A DNA stretch of 32,643 nt. Origin: Faecousia sp. GTDB lineage: Bacteria > Bacillota > Clostridia > Oscillospirales > Oscillospiraceae. Each line of letters starts with the position of its first letter. Position 1 is the stretch's first letter. Both the position numbers and the translations under genes were made by a program. This document shows positions 1 through 8,350 of this stretch, in pieces. The stretch lies in the NCBI GenBank assembly GCA_045660585.1, contig JAZREB010000347.1:1-32643 (forward strand). The letters are read 5' to 3'. Under the pieces are notes generated by a model. The model was not told the origin of the DNA and searched no databases. It saw only the letters and a list, made by a program, of their open reading frames with translations.

Positions 1-300
1 ACCATCGACCTCCGTGTTTGCAAGATCCTGAAGTGTCAGGAGATCCGTAAGGCTCGCAACAACTACAAGCTGACCCTCTTCGACGGCAAGGATAAGAGAG
101 TCATCGTCTCCAGCCTGAAGGACTACTACAAGCCCGAACAGTTAGAAGGCAAGAAGATCATTGTGATCGCCAACTTGGAGCCTGCCCGTCTCACCGGTGT
201 CACCAGTGAAGGTATGCTCTTAGCTGCTACCAACAATGCCTGCGGTTGTAAGGTCATCTTCGTAGACGACTCCGTCCCCGAAGGCACCCAGCTCCGCTGA
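1..300 (+). CDS. 3' end of a gene with a C-terminal OB-fold tRNA-binding domain (aminoacyl-tRNA synthetase C-terminus / Trbp111-like), partial
   Basis: Frame 1 is open from base 1 to TGA at 298-300: TIDLRVCKILKCQEI...KKIIVIANLEPARLTGVTSEGMLLAA...VPEGTQLR. The NL.P..L.G..SEGMLLAA motif is typical of tRNA_bind domains. Confidence 0.85.
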   Translation, partial: TIDLRVCKILKCQEIRKARNNYKLTLFDGKDKRVIVSSLKDYYKPEQLEGKKIIVIANLEPARLTGVTSEGMLLAATNNACGCKVIFVDDSVPEGTQLR

Positions 301-313
301 TTGCAATTACAAT

Positions 314-349
314 ACCCCTTCCCAAGGTCACGCGGGAAGGGGTTCCTTT
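314..349 (+). terminator. Probable intrinsic terminator
   Basis: CCCCTTCCC...GGGAAGGGG hairpin followed by TTCCTTT, just after the stop at 300. Confidence 0.6.
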
Positions 350-392
350 CAAATCGAAAATCCATTTTTCATAACAGAAAGGGTCCTATGCC

Positions 393-1319
393 ATGAGTCG
401 TACAAGTAAAATTATTCTTTTGATCCTTGTTTTCCTGGGATTGTCCCTATCGGTCTTCCTGGCCTCCGAGGAGATCACCGCCTTCAAGAGAGCCATCCAT
501 TCCCGATTCTCCAAGGATCCGGACACCACTGTCGCAGAAACCGAACCCTCGGCAGAAGATGCGGAATTTGCCGAAATGTACGCATCCTTCCCTGCCTTTG
601 CCCATAAGGAAGACGCATGGTATCAAGACACCCGTCTGGTCTATCATGCCGGCGGCGGTGTGGACGGCCTGTCCTACACCAATTCCAGAGAAGCCGTAGA
701 AGCCACACTTCCCCATGGCAAGGTGCTGGAAATCGACTTCTTTTACACTGCGGATCGGGAGCTTGTCTGTATCCACTCCTGGCCCTACATCACAGGATCC
801 GAGGAGCCCATGACCGCAGAGGAATATAAGGATCACAAAATCTTTGGCAAATATACCACCATGAGCGCAGAAGATATGCTCGCACTCATGAAAGAGGACA
901 AGGACCTCTATATCGTCATTGACACCAAGGAAGATGATGCCGTCTCCGTGATTCGGGATCTAATGGATCTTGCAGGGAATGAAGCGGATGTGGTAGATCG
1001 TTTTATCATCCAGCTCTATGAAAAGGGCGTAAAGGCACGGCTGTTGGAGGTCTATCCCTTTGCAGAAGAAAACTTCCTGTTCACCTGCTACAAATACGGA
1101 ACAGATCCCACGCAGATCCTTCGGATCTGTATGGAAGAAGGCATTTCCGTCGTCACCGTGGAATATGGTACGTGGAGTGCCGACACCATCGACCTGTTCA
1201 CCCAAAAAGGGATCCTGATTTTTGAGCACACCGTCAATCGTCCCGACCATGTACAGAAAGCACTGGATCGGGGTGTTTACGGTGTCTATACGGATTTCCT
1301 GACCTCATTGGATCCCTGA
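393..1319 (+). CDS. Membrane-anchored glycerophosphodiester phosphodiesterase (GDPD)-like protein
   Basis: N-terminal hydrophobic helix; HAGGG..YTNS.EA, LEIDF, C.H, IDTK, HTVN and GVYTDFL motifs. Confidence 0.8.
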   Translation: MSRTSKIILLILVFLGLSLSVFLASEEITAFKRAIHSRFSKDPDTTVAETEPSAEDAEFAEMYASFPAFAHKEDAWYQDTRLVYHAGGGVDGLSYTNSREAVEATLPHGKVLEIDFFYTADRELVCIHSWPYITGSEEPMTAEEYKDHKIFGKYTTMSAEDMLALMKEDKDLYIVIDTKEDDAVSVIRDLMDLAGNEADVVDRFIIQLYEKGVKARLLEVYPFAEENFLFTCYKYGTDPTQILRICMEEGISVVTVEYGTWSADTIDLFTQKGILIFEHTVNRPDHVQKALDRGVYGVYTDFLTSLDP

Positions 1320-1335
1320 TCCCATAGTTCACTAA

Positions 1336-1373
1336 AGCAAAACGGAGGGTTTCCCGACACCCTCCGTTTTGCT
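1336..1373. terminator. Bidirectional intrinsic terminator between convergent genes
   Basis: AGCAAAACGGAGGGT / ACCCTCCGTTTTGCT perfect 15-bp inverted repeat. Confidence 0.85.
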
Positions 1374-1409
1374 ATTGCCTATGGAATTGTATTTTACTTA
1401 AAAATCCTG

Positions 1410-2336
1410 TCAGTAGATACTAAGCTCCATAGCTCGGCTCAGTTCGGTCAGCATATGGATCCCTGCCACACTGTTGCCCCGTTTATCCAAGGCGGGGGAG
1501 AAGACCGCAACTCCCATTCGGTTGGGGATCACACCCATGATACCGCCCCCTACACCACTCTTGGCAGGAAAGCCCACATGCAGGGCAAACTCTCCGGATC
1601 CGTCATACATTCCGCAGGTAGCAAGGGTAGCATTGACATAGCGAGCAAAGGCTCTTGGGAACATCTGCTCCCCGGATGCAGGGTCTGTGCCGTGGTGGGC
1701 AAAAACATTGGCGATCCGCGCCAGATCCACGCAACTGACCAGGATGGAGCAGGCCTTAAAGTAGCAATCCAGGAGCTCCTCTGCAGGATCGTCGATCATG
1801 CCATAGGCCTTGAGCATATAGACAAGGGCACGGTTCTTGCTCCCTGTTTCCTTCTCGGACAGATAAACAGCATGATCTATACCTAAGTCTTGATTTCCCG
1901 CCAGCTTCCGGGCAAGTGCCAACAGGCGTGTAAACTTTACTTCATAAGAATCCCCATGGATCAAGGTACACAGCGCAATGGCTCCGGTGTTGATCATGGG
2001 ATTGATGTGAGCTCCCGTCAGTGCCTGATCGCTGTAGTTAAAGGCATCAAAGGGCTTTCCTGTTGCCTCTACTCCAACCAGTGCCCGTACTTTTTCCTCT
2101 CCGCTGTCCATGAGAGCAAGGAGCAGGATCAGGGGCTTAACAATGCTCTGCATGGTAAAGCGATCATGGCAATCCCCTGCCCGGTAGCTCTCCCCGATGT
2201 GAGTCGCCACACAGATCCCGATTTTCTTGGGATCCGCAACAGCAAGTTGGGGGATATAGGTAGCCACACGACCCATGGTCGTATATCCCCTACATTCTCT
2301 AATGATTTGTTCCAATAATGTGTTCATAACATTCAC
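1410..2336 (-). CDS. glsA: Glutaminase A
   Basis: GRVATYIPQLA, FTMQSIVK (SxxK), NPMINTGAI, CGMYDGSGEFA..VGFPAKSGVGGGI and LDKRGNSVAG motifs. Confidence 0.95.
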   Translation of the reverse strand: MNVMNTLLEQIIRECRGYTTMGRVATYIPQLAVADPKKIGICVATHIGESYRAGDCHDRFTMQSIVKPLILLLALMDSGEEKVRALVGVEATGKPFDAFNYSDQALTGAHINPMINTGAIALCTLIHGDSYEVKFTRLLALARKLAGNQDLGIDHAVYLSEKETGSKNRALVYMLKAYGMIDDPAEELLDCYFKACSILVSCVDLARIANVFAHHGTDPASGEQMFPRAFARYVNATLATCGMYDGSGEFALHVGFPAKSGVGGGIMGVIPNRMGVAVFSPALDKRGNSVAGIHMLTELSRAMELSIY

Positions 2337-2352
2337 TCCCTTTTCCTGTCCT

Positions 2353-3084
2353 TTAGGACAGAGGAAAAGCAGGGTGCGTTCCCTGCAAAATTTGTTCGGT
2401 CATGCTTTGGGTTTGGGCTACCCATTGGGGGAATTTTTCTTTTAATCCCTCTATATGCTCGGCGGTTTTTTCACGGTTTCCCATAGCCGCATACAAAATG
2501 GCGGCGGTAGCATCCGCCCCCGGTTGCGCCGGGTATTTTTGGCCTTCTTTCCATGCCCGTTCTGCCTCCGGATACCGATGGAGCATGGTCAGGCAGGAGG
2601 TCAGATTGGTATAGGCAGAGCCCAGAACCACTTCGTCCATATCCTGTTCCGACATTTCCAGCAGACATTCGATAGCCGTCTTGTAATAGCCTTCTGCCTT
2701 TTCAAATTGGGCGCCGGCGTGGGCAGCTTTCGCCAATTTCAGATATGGTAGATAGAAGCGATGACCGATTTTGCCCGCTTTTTCGTACCATTCCAGCATT
2801 TGCGCCCTTGACCCACTCATTTCAAAGCACAGCCCCACAAAAAATGCCCAGGCCGCCTTGTCCTCGTCATAAATACAATAGGGGCGGATCTCTTTCAGTA
2901 GCTCCATTCCCTTTTTAATATCCCGTCTGCTGATGTGGTTGAGGGCTTTTATCACCATAATACGCACCTGGGGATTTTCCTCAAAAGCAGGCTCCAAAAT
3001 AGGGCCAAAGGCCTGTCTGTGGACTTCCCAGCTTTGCCGTAGGGCAAATTCCGCACTCTCAAAATCAATAGGCTGATCCGTCAT
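2353..3084 (-). CDS. TPR-like helical repeat protein
   Basis: Likely start MTDQ at 3084 after GGGAGTAGGA; TPR-like patterns (AEGYYKTAIE, AYTNLTSCLTMLHRYPEAERAWKEG). Confidence 0.7.
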   Translation of the reverse strand: MTDQPIDFESAEFALRQSWEVHRQAFGPILEPAFEENPQVRIMVIKALNHISRRDIKKGMELLKEIRPYCIYDEDKAAWAFFVGLCFEMSGSRAQMLEWYEKAGKIGHRFYLPYLKLAKAAHAGAQFEKAEGYYKTAIECLLEMSEQDMDEVVLGSAYTNLTSCLTMLHRYPEAERAWKEGQKYPAQPGADATAAILYAAMGNREKTAEHIEGLKEKFPQWVAQTQSMTEQILQGTHPAFPLS

Positions 3085-3365
3085 CTTTCCTACTCCCTTC
3101 CGCAAACAACAGAGATTCGGTCTTTTCTGTAGAGAGGGACTTTCAAGTAGCGCCCTCCGATTCTTTTTCCCCTTTATCATATCACATTTGCCGCCAAAAG
3201 GCAATGAAAAAGGCGGAGGCCTTGCCTCTGTAGGTGTTACACCTATCAACCGCTGTCCTTAACTTGACATAGATGAATTGTCGAAAAGGAGACTTTTAAT
3301 TTTTTTCTCACTTTCGACAAATTCCGATTTTGGGGGATGCACAAGTGTTAATTTCTAGAATGACA

Positions 3366-3404
3366 AACAGCGCAAGCGGTATATCGCCGCCTGCGCTGTA
3401 TAAA
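3366..3404 (-). terminator. Probable terminator of the HTH / membrane protein operon
   Basis: ACAGCGCAAGCGG...CCGCCTGCGCTGT hairpin immediately after the stop at 3411. Confidence 0.65.
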
Positions 3405-3410
3405 ACGGTA

Positions 3411-3812
3411 TCAATATTTCTTTTTCAGCACCAAGTAACAGGCCCAGTAAAGAAGCACCAGAATGCTGACGGCAAAGCCTGCTGTTATTGAGAGCAGATC
3501 CTGACCCAGCAACTTGAAAACAATGGCACAGATGGCTGCGATCAAAACAAACAGATATCCGGCCCATGCCCACGCTTTGTTGCGGATAAAATGGTTGCGC
3601 TCGTCCTGTGTCTCCACATCCCATTTTTCGCGATAAGATTCGTCTTTTTTGTAGCGCAGAAACCGGATTACACGAACTGCTCCCATAGCGATCAATGCAC
3701 CGCCCATTCCGCTCCAGAAGGAATCCACAACCTCCAGCATTCCAAGAACCATCAGAACTGCGCCAAAGATTATATAGATAATATAAGCTATCATTCTTCT
3801 ATCGTTTTTCAT
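3411..3812 (-). CDS. Small 4-TM membrane protein (DUF2178/DUF6442-like)
   Basis: Four hydrophobic segments with a central DERN..I..KA motif; abuts the upstream XRE regulator. Confidence 0.75.
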   Translation of the reverse strand: MKNDRRMIAYIIYIIFGAVLMVLGMLEVVDSFWSGMGGALIAMGAVRVIRFLRYKKDESYREKWDVETQDERNHFIRNKAWAWAGYLFVLIAAICAIVFKLLGQDLLSITAGFAVSILVLLYWACYLVLKKKY

Positions 3813-4016
3813 TTAAATCTCCTCCTCTTCAAAAACGAATATATCTTCAATAGTCATTCCAAAGTATTTTGCTATCTTATATGCTAGCATGATAGACGGA
3901 TTATACCGTCCGTTTTCCAAAGAGCTGATAGTCTGCCGGGAAACACCCAAAGCTTTTGCCATTTCATCCTGTAAGATTCCCTGCTCTTTTCTTATGTTCT
4001 CGATTTTGTTCTTCAC
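3813..4016 (-). CDS. XRE-family helix-turn-helix transcriptional regulator
   Basis: GTG start at 4016 after AAGGAGGTG; Q.EMAKALGVSRQTISSLENGRYNPS..LAYKIAKYF motif. Confidence 0.92.
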   Translation of the reverse strand: MKNKIENIRKEQGILQDEMAKALGVSRQTISSLENGRYNPSIMLAYKIAKYFGMTIEDIFVFEEEEI

Positions 4017-4111
4017 AAGGCACCTCCTTACCAAACGTAAAGCTTGCTTTACGCCAACAGTATAGCATATTGTATTTGGAATGTCAAGCACGCTTTACAT
4101 ATTTTCAAGAA

Positions 4112-4137
4112 AGAAAAGGCGGGGAATTGCCCGCCTT
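4112..4137 (-). terminator. Terminator following the orphan spoIVB 3' end
   Basis: AAGGCGGG / CCCGCCTT stem followed by a T-rich run on the minus strand, directly after the TAA at 4140. Confidence 0.75.
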
Positions 4138-4139
4138 AA

Positions 4140-4261
4140 TTACGCTGCTGCATCCAGCATATTTTCAATGAAGATGCCATATCCGGTGGTGGGGTCGCCC
4201 ACGAGGACGTGGGTCACGGCGCCGATGAGTTTGCCGTCCTGGATAATGGGACTGCCGGACA
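4140..4261 (-). pseudogene. spoIVB: Orphan 3' fragment of spoIVB (copy 1, probably the ancestral host tail)
   Basis: Translates to [39 protein letters not shown]; 4210..4261 is identical over 52 bp to 23793..23844. Confidence 0.93.
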
Positions 4262-4326
4262 GGCGTGATGTCAATAGGGACAACCTAATTTTACCGAAGC
4301 AAAAAATTTATATGATTCTATACGCC

Positions 4327-5580
4327 TCACATATCCAAACTATCCCCATTCAGAAGGAAGTCATAAATGCTGATTACTAAAATTCCTTCTTCGCTATACC
4401 AAGGTGCCGGGCAATCCTTTACTACGATAATTTTCTTAAAAGAATCGTCGATTCGGAGCAGAGAGTGGGATTCTTGCTGCATTTTTGCCTCGTCCGGAAT
4501 CGCAAAGGCAGACTGGACATAGTAGCGTTTGGAGCCTTTGTTGCAAACAAAATCTACCTCCAACTGCTTACGGACTGTTTTGCCCTCCTTATCCTTGGTC
4601 GCAATACTTACGAGGCCTACATCTACATTAAAGCCCCGATTAGCAAGCTCGTTGAAGATGATATTCTCCATGGTATGGTTCTCTTCCATTTGGCGGAAGT
4701 TAATTCGTGCGTTTCGAAGCCCCACATCTGCGAAGTAATATTTTAGTGGCGTATCGATGTATTTTCTCCCCTTAATATCGTAACGAGTGGCCTTGCTAAC
4801 AACGAAGGCATCACAGAGATAATCTAAATAGCTCTTGATGGTATTTACACTAAGGGTTTTGTTTTTCTTACTCTTAAATGTATCCGCCAGCTTTTTGGGA
4901 TTTGTCAAAGAACCTATGCCGGAGGATAGAATATTGATCAGATCCTCAAATTCATCTTTATTGCGGATCTTATGCCGACCGACAATGTCATTGATATAGG
5001 TTTCGTCAAAAAGCCGCTTAAGAAGTTCGATTTTCTGTTCCGCTGTTGGTAAAAGTACAACCGGGGGAAGACCCCCGTATAAAACATATTCGTTCCAACC
5101 ATCATACTTATTACCCGAGTAGACGGACATAAATTCCGCAAAGGACAAGGGTGCGATATGCAATTCATCCCCGCGGCCTCTAAACTCCGTAATAATATCC
5201 TTGGACAAAAATTTCGCATTGCTACCTGTCACATAGACATCTACATTCTGCATTCGCATAAACCCGTTGAGAACAGATTCGAACTCACCCAAAAGCTGAA
5301 CCTCGTCAAGAAGAATGTAATACATCCTATCATCTGTGATTTTTTCCTTTACATAGGGATACAGAATTTCCGGATCACGGTATTTTTTGTTTTCAAAAGA
5401 ATCAAATGCGATTTCGATAATATGCTCACGGTCAACGCCCTCGGCCTGCAGATGCTTCTTGAACAGCATAAAAATCAGATAGGATTTTCCGCATCTGCGC
5501 ATACCGGTCACAACTTTAATCAAACCATTGTGCTTTTTATCAATCAGCTTGTTCAGGTAAAAATCTCTTTTAATTTCCAC
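4327..5580 (-). CDS. ATP-binding protein, AAA_14 + DUF4143 family
   Basis: GMRRCGKS Walker A, LLDEVQ Walker B, TGSN, KYYFADVGLRNA and EVDFV motifs; likely GTG start at 5580 after AGGAGTG. Confidence 0.9.
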   Translation of the reverse strand: MEIKRDFYLNKLIDKKHNGLIKVVTGMRRCGKSYLIFMLFKKHLQAEGVDREHIIEIAFDSFENKKYRDPEILYPYVKEKITDDRMYYILLDEVQLLGEFESVLNGFMRMQNVDVYVTGSNAKFLSKDIITEFRGRGDELHIAPLSFAEFMSVYSGNKYDGWNEYVLYGGLPPVVLLPTAEQKIELLKRLFDETYINDIVGRHKIRNKDEFEDLINILSSGIGSLTNPKKLADTFKSKKNKTLSVNTIKSYLDYLCDAFVVSKATRYDIKGRKYIDTPLKYYFADVGLRNARINFRQMEENHTMENIIFNELANRGFNVDVGLVSIATKDKEGKTVRKQLEVDFVCNKGSKRYYVQSAFAIPDEAKMQQESHSLLRIDDSFKKIIVVKDCPAPWYSEEGILVISIYDFLLNGDSLDM

Positions 5581-5634
5581 AGTAATCACTCCTATTGAAT
5601 TTTTTTGCAACTATCTTCATTTATTTTCAATATC

Positions 5635-5663
5635 ATTATATCCATCAACTGCGATCAAGTCAA
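5635..5663 (-). promoter_or_regulatory. sigA-type promoter of the ATPase gene
   Basis: TTGACT-N17-TATAAT on the minus strand. Confidence 0.75.
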
Positions 5664-5667
5664 CATC

Positions 5668-5712
5668 AAAAATGCAATGACAGGAGCAAATCGCCCCTGT
5701 CATTGCGTTTTT
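5668..5712 (-). terminator. Terminator following spoIVB 3' fragment copy 2
   Basis: TGCAATGACAGG / CCTGTCATTGCG stem with flanking A and T runs, abutting the TAA at 5711. Confidence 0.85.
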
Positions 5713-5779
5713 ATGATGCCGCATCCAGCATATTTTCGATAAATATTCCATAGCCCATGGTGGGGTCGTCGATGAGGAC
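5711..5779 (-). CDS. spoIVB: 3' segment of split spoIVB (joins in frame to 23792..24700 after element excision)
   Basis: GTC CTC ATC GAC...GCA TCA TAA = [22 protein letters not shown], the expected continuation of ...GAVTH. Confidence 0.92.
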   Translation of the reverse strand, partial: VLIDDPTMGYGIFIENMLDAAS

Positions 5780-5803
5780 GTGGGTAAAATGATGATGCCG
5801 ACG
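5754..5803. other. Recombinase-proximal att junction (core AC at 5778-5779)
   Basis: spoIVB coding similarity ends after ACGTGGGT; arm 5780..5803 is the inverted counterpart (19/24) of 23766..23789. Confidence 0.88.
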
Positions 5804-5835
5804 GCTGTGTGTAAGCCGATGATGCCTACATGGGC

Positions 5836-7374
5836 TTAAATTTTTGGAAGCCGGGGATATAGGTCGATTTCGATCTGCCCGTTGGCTTCCTTTTTATATT
5901 CGATTTTCTTCAGAATTTCTTTAAGAAGGCTGTTGCGTTCCTCGTTGGACATCTCGTCATAGCTGGCAAGTAAGGTTTCTGTCTGGGGAATTAGGTTCGC
6001 CTTTGCAGCATCGCTTTCTGACATTTGAGCAATTGCAATTTCGTTTTCGGAAATCTTATCCTTGAGTTCTAACACTGCGGCATTGAGTTTTTCTTGACGA
6101 CCTCTGAAAATTTCAAGAGTGTAAACGCCCTGCTCAACAAGGTTATAGGCATTGTCTAATTGAGCGTTTAGCTTCAGCATCTCGTCAGCATATTTCTTGT
6201 TTTTCTTTTTGAGAGCCTCGATGTCCTTGGTGTATCCCACGGTGTCAATTTTTACACGATAGCCTTGGAGCCAAGTCCGAAGGGCTGAAATGATTTCCTT
6301 CTCAACTACATCAAAGTCAGCACTGACATTGTGGCAGTTTCTGCTGTTGACACAGCGTAATCTCGGTCGGGAATCTCTGGATTTTGAACAGGTGGTTCTA
6401 CCGATCCGCTTGCCACAGTTTGCACAAAACAGCAATCCTACAAAGGCATTCTGCAATATGAAGGCATCCTTTACCTTTGCAGATGGCTGTTTCTCCTTAC
6501 GGATCTGCTGTGCAAGCATGAATTCTTCCTCGGTGACAAGTCCCTCGTGGAGACCCTCATATACCCTGTAATCTTCAATATTCTTCTTGCTTCGGACTTT
6601 CTTTTTGACCTCACCGTTTTCGATGGTTTTGATTTGCTGACGCCAGCCACGGCGAATTTTCCCCATATAAACAGGATTCGTGATAATGTTAGTGATGGTG
6701 CTATATGTCCACAAATCTCCGTGTCGTGTGGGTACACCGTTGTCATTGAGATAGTTGGCAATCACTTTTGTCCCTGCGTGATTCAGGAACATTTCAAATA
6801 TCTTTTTGATGTGTTCTGCCTCATCCGGGTGGGGCTCCAAAGTGTATCCCTTTTCGTTGGGCAGCTTGACTCGTCTGTATCCATAGGGGGCAATGCTATT
6901 GATGTACTTTCCCTCGGAAGCAGAGCTTTCTCTGCCTCGGATCAGACGGCGGTTGATGGTCTTGTACTCACGGCGACTCATGAAGAGACCGAATTCAAAA
7001 TACTCTTCATCAAACTCATTACAGGGATCATAGGTTTTGCTGGGGGTGATAATTTTCGTAGAAGAATACTGGAATACCTGACTGATGTACGCCTGGTCTG
7101 CGCCGTTGCCTCTTGCAAGACGTTCAAGGTCAACCACCAAAACTCCGGCATACAGGCCCGCACTGACTTCCTCTAATAGTTTTTGAATTTCAGGTCGTGC
7201 GGCTATGGATTCGCCGGATACGACTTCGTAGTAGGTTTTAGCAATATAATATCCTCGGTCCTCTGCAACTTTGTCAAGAATGGATTCATGACGCTTCAAG
7301 GTGTCCTCAACACTCAATTCAGCATAATCACGGTCAAAGCGAGATTTTCGGAGATACTTTACATATTGCTCCAT
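5836..7374 (-). CDS. Large serine recombinase (integrase)
   Basis: YLRKS catalytic motif, SGESI..RP, DLERLARG, APYGYR, recombinase domain (NPVYMG), Zn ribbon CANC...C....C and coiled coil; ends about 55 bp from the att core. Confidence 0.96.
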   Translation of the reverse strand: MEQYVKYLRKSRFDRDYAELSVEDTLKRHESILDKVAEDRGYYIAKTYYEVVSGESIAARPEIQKLLEEVSAGLYAGVLVVDLERLARGNGADQAYISQVFQYSSTKIITPSKTYDPCNEFDEEYFEFGLFMSRREYKTINRRLIRGRESSASEGKYINSIAPYGYRRVKLPNEKGYTLEPHPDEAEHIKKIFEMFLNHAGTKVIANYLNDNGVPTRHGDLWTYSTITNIITNPVYMGKIRRGWRQQIKTIENGEVKKKVRSKKNIEDYRVYEGLHEGLVTEEEFMLAQQIRKEKQPSAKVKDAFILQNAFVGLLFCANCGKRIGRTTCSKSRDSRPRLRCVNSRNCHNVSADFDVVEKEIISALRTWLQGYRVKIDTVGYTKDIEALKKKNKKYADEMLKLNAQLDNAYNLVEQGVYTLEIFRGRQEKLNAAVLELKDKISENEIAIAQMSESDAAKANLIPQTETLLASYDEMSNEERNSLLKEILKKIEYKKEANGQIEIDLYPRLPKI

Positions 7375-7398
7375 AAAGGTGCCTCCTTTCGATATAAA

Positions 7399-7427
7399 AT
7401 TATAATCCGATACCCGAAATAAATCAA
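7399..7427 (-). promoter_or_regulatory. sigA-type promoter of the recombinase
   Basis: TTGATT-N17-TATAAT followed by an AAAGGAGG RBS. Confidence 0.75.
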
Positions 7428-7480
7428 TGATATCGAACTATGTAATATCTGGAAGGTACCCAGTCTATATTAAGCATAGG

Positions 7481-7509
7481 AACCCCGCAAAGACAGTCTT
7501 TACGGGGAG
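7481..7509 (-). terminator. Hairpin separating the small ORF from the recombinase promoter
   Basis: CCCCGCAAAGAC / GTCTTTACGGGG stem; weak U tail. Confidence 0.55.
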
Positions 7510-7532
7510 ATCCTTTGCATTGTTTTCTAAAT

Positions 7533-7739
7533 TTACGGCTGAGCTGTTGTTCCTATAGGCTGATTGTTGGGGATAACAGTAGCAACTGTCTTCTTTTGCG
7601 GGTTTACAAGAGACTTGCGCTTGTAGAATTCGGATACAACTTTACTTGCGGAACCGATTAACTGCTTGGGATCGGATTCCAAAAATTCATCGTGGATTCT
7701 TACGGTGGATATCTCATTTTTCAATTCATGTACGACCAT
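7533..7739 (-). CDS. Small protein (68 aa), candidate recombination directionality factor
   Basis: GAAAGGAATGAG RBS; directly upstream of and co-oriented with the recombinase. Function is inferred from position only. Confidence 0.6.
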   Translation of the reverse strand: MVVHELKNEISTVRIHDEFLESDPKQLIGSASKVVSEFYKRKSLVNPQKKTVATVIPNNQPIGTTAQP

Positions 7740-7770
7740 ATACTCATTCCTTTCAAAATACCAGTATTCC

Positions 7771-7800
7771 TATTATTACCCTGTTTTACTTTTGTATTCA
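7771..7800 (-). promoter_or_regulatory. Putative forespore sigF/sigG-like promoter of the small ORF
   Basis: TGAATA-caaaagtaaaacag-GGTAATAATA resembles GYATA..GGnrAnAnTw (sigF, spacer 1 nt short) and GHATA-N17-MATAHTA (sigG). Confidence 0.45.
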
Positions 7801-7814
7801 GTGCACGGTATTCG

Positions 7815-7995
7815 TGTCAGTTTACCAATCCTCGTTCCTGCCCCCGGATCTCGACGGCGTATGTCCACTTCGTTGGTGCGCTCGGATTTCTCGTCATGGC
7901 GTCACTTTGCTCGGAAGGTATCCCGGATTGCTGATCATTCGATTTTCAATGTGCAATGTGCTACTGCTATGGCAGTTTTTCCCTTTCGCAGGCAC
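7815..7995 (-). ncRNA. Putative structured RNA, copy A (conserved core 7815..7949)
   Basis: 135-bp core is 130/135 identical to 8170..8304; preceded by GGGACA-N17-TATAAT (8030..8002); no credible ORF. Confidence 0.5.
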
Positions 7996-8169
7996 ACCCA
8001 TATTATAAAACCAAATATCTCTTTTGTCCCGAGCATATCTGACGGATTTTTAACAAAAACCCGTCACTTTTGACGAAATCACTCTTGTTCTCAGCTATTG
8101 CGTGAAATCACTTGGTTATGCTTCAAGTCTAAGGCTACGCAGTGTGGTAGGGTCTTAAGTTTCTCTGTT

Positions 8170-8350
8170 TGTCAGTTTATCAATCCTCGTTCCTGCCCTC
8201 GGATCTCGACGGCGTATGTCCACTTCGTTGGTGCGCTCGGATTTCTCGTCATGGCAACACTTTGCTCGGAAGGTATCCCGGATTGCTGATCATTCAATTT
8301 TCAAGGTTCAATACGACTCGGTTTCGGAATTTTATCTGTTTCCCAAGTAC
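8170..8350 (-). ncRNA. Putative structured RNA, copy B (conserved core 8170..8304)
   Basis: Direct repeat of copy A at offset 355; preceded by CTGACA-N17-TATAAT (8385..8357) at identical spacing. Confidence 0.5.

Noticed and set aside
4081-4380. 99-aa plus-strand ORF
   Set aside because: Antisense shadow of the spoIVB tail
5814-5837. Extra GATGATGCC and ACATGGG copy near the att as a third att site
   Set aside because: Short, with wrong spacing and order relative to a core; more simply part of a hairpin after the integrase stop
7815-8304. CRISPR array or guide-type variable 5' spacer
   Set aside because: Only two long repeats and no cas genes; the 5' leaders are homologous (32/52), not unrelated spacers
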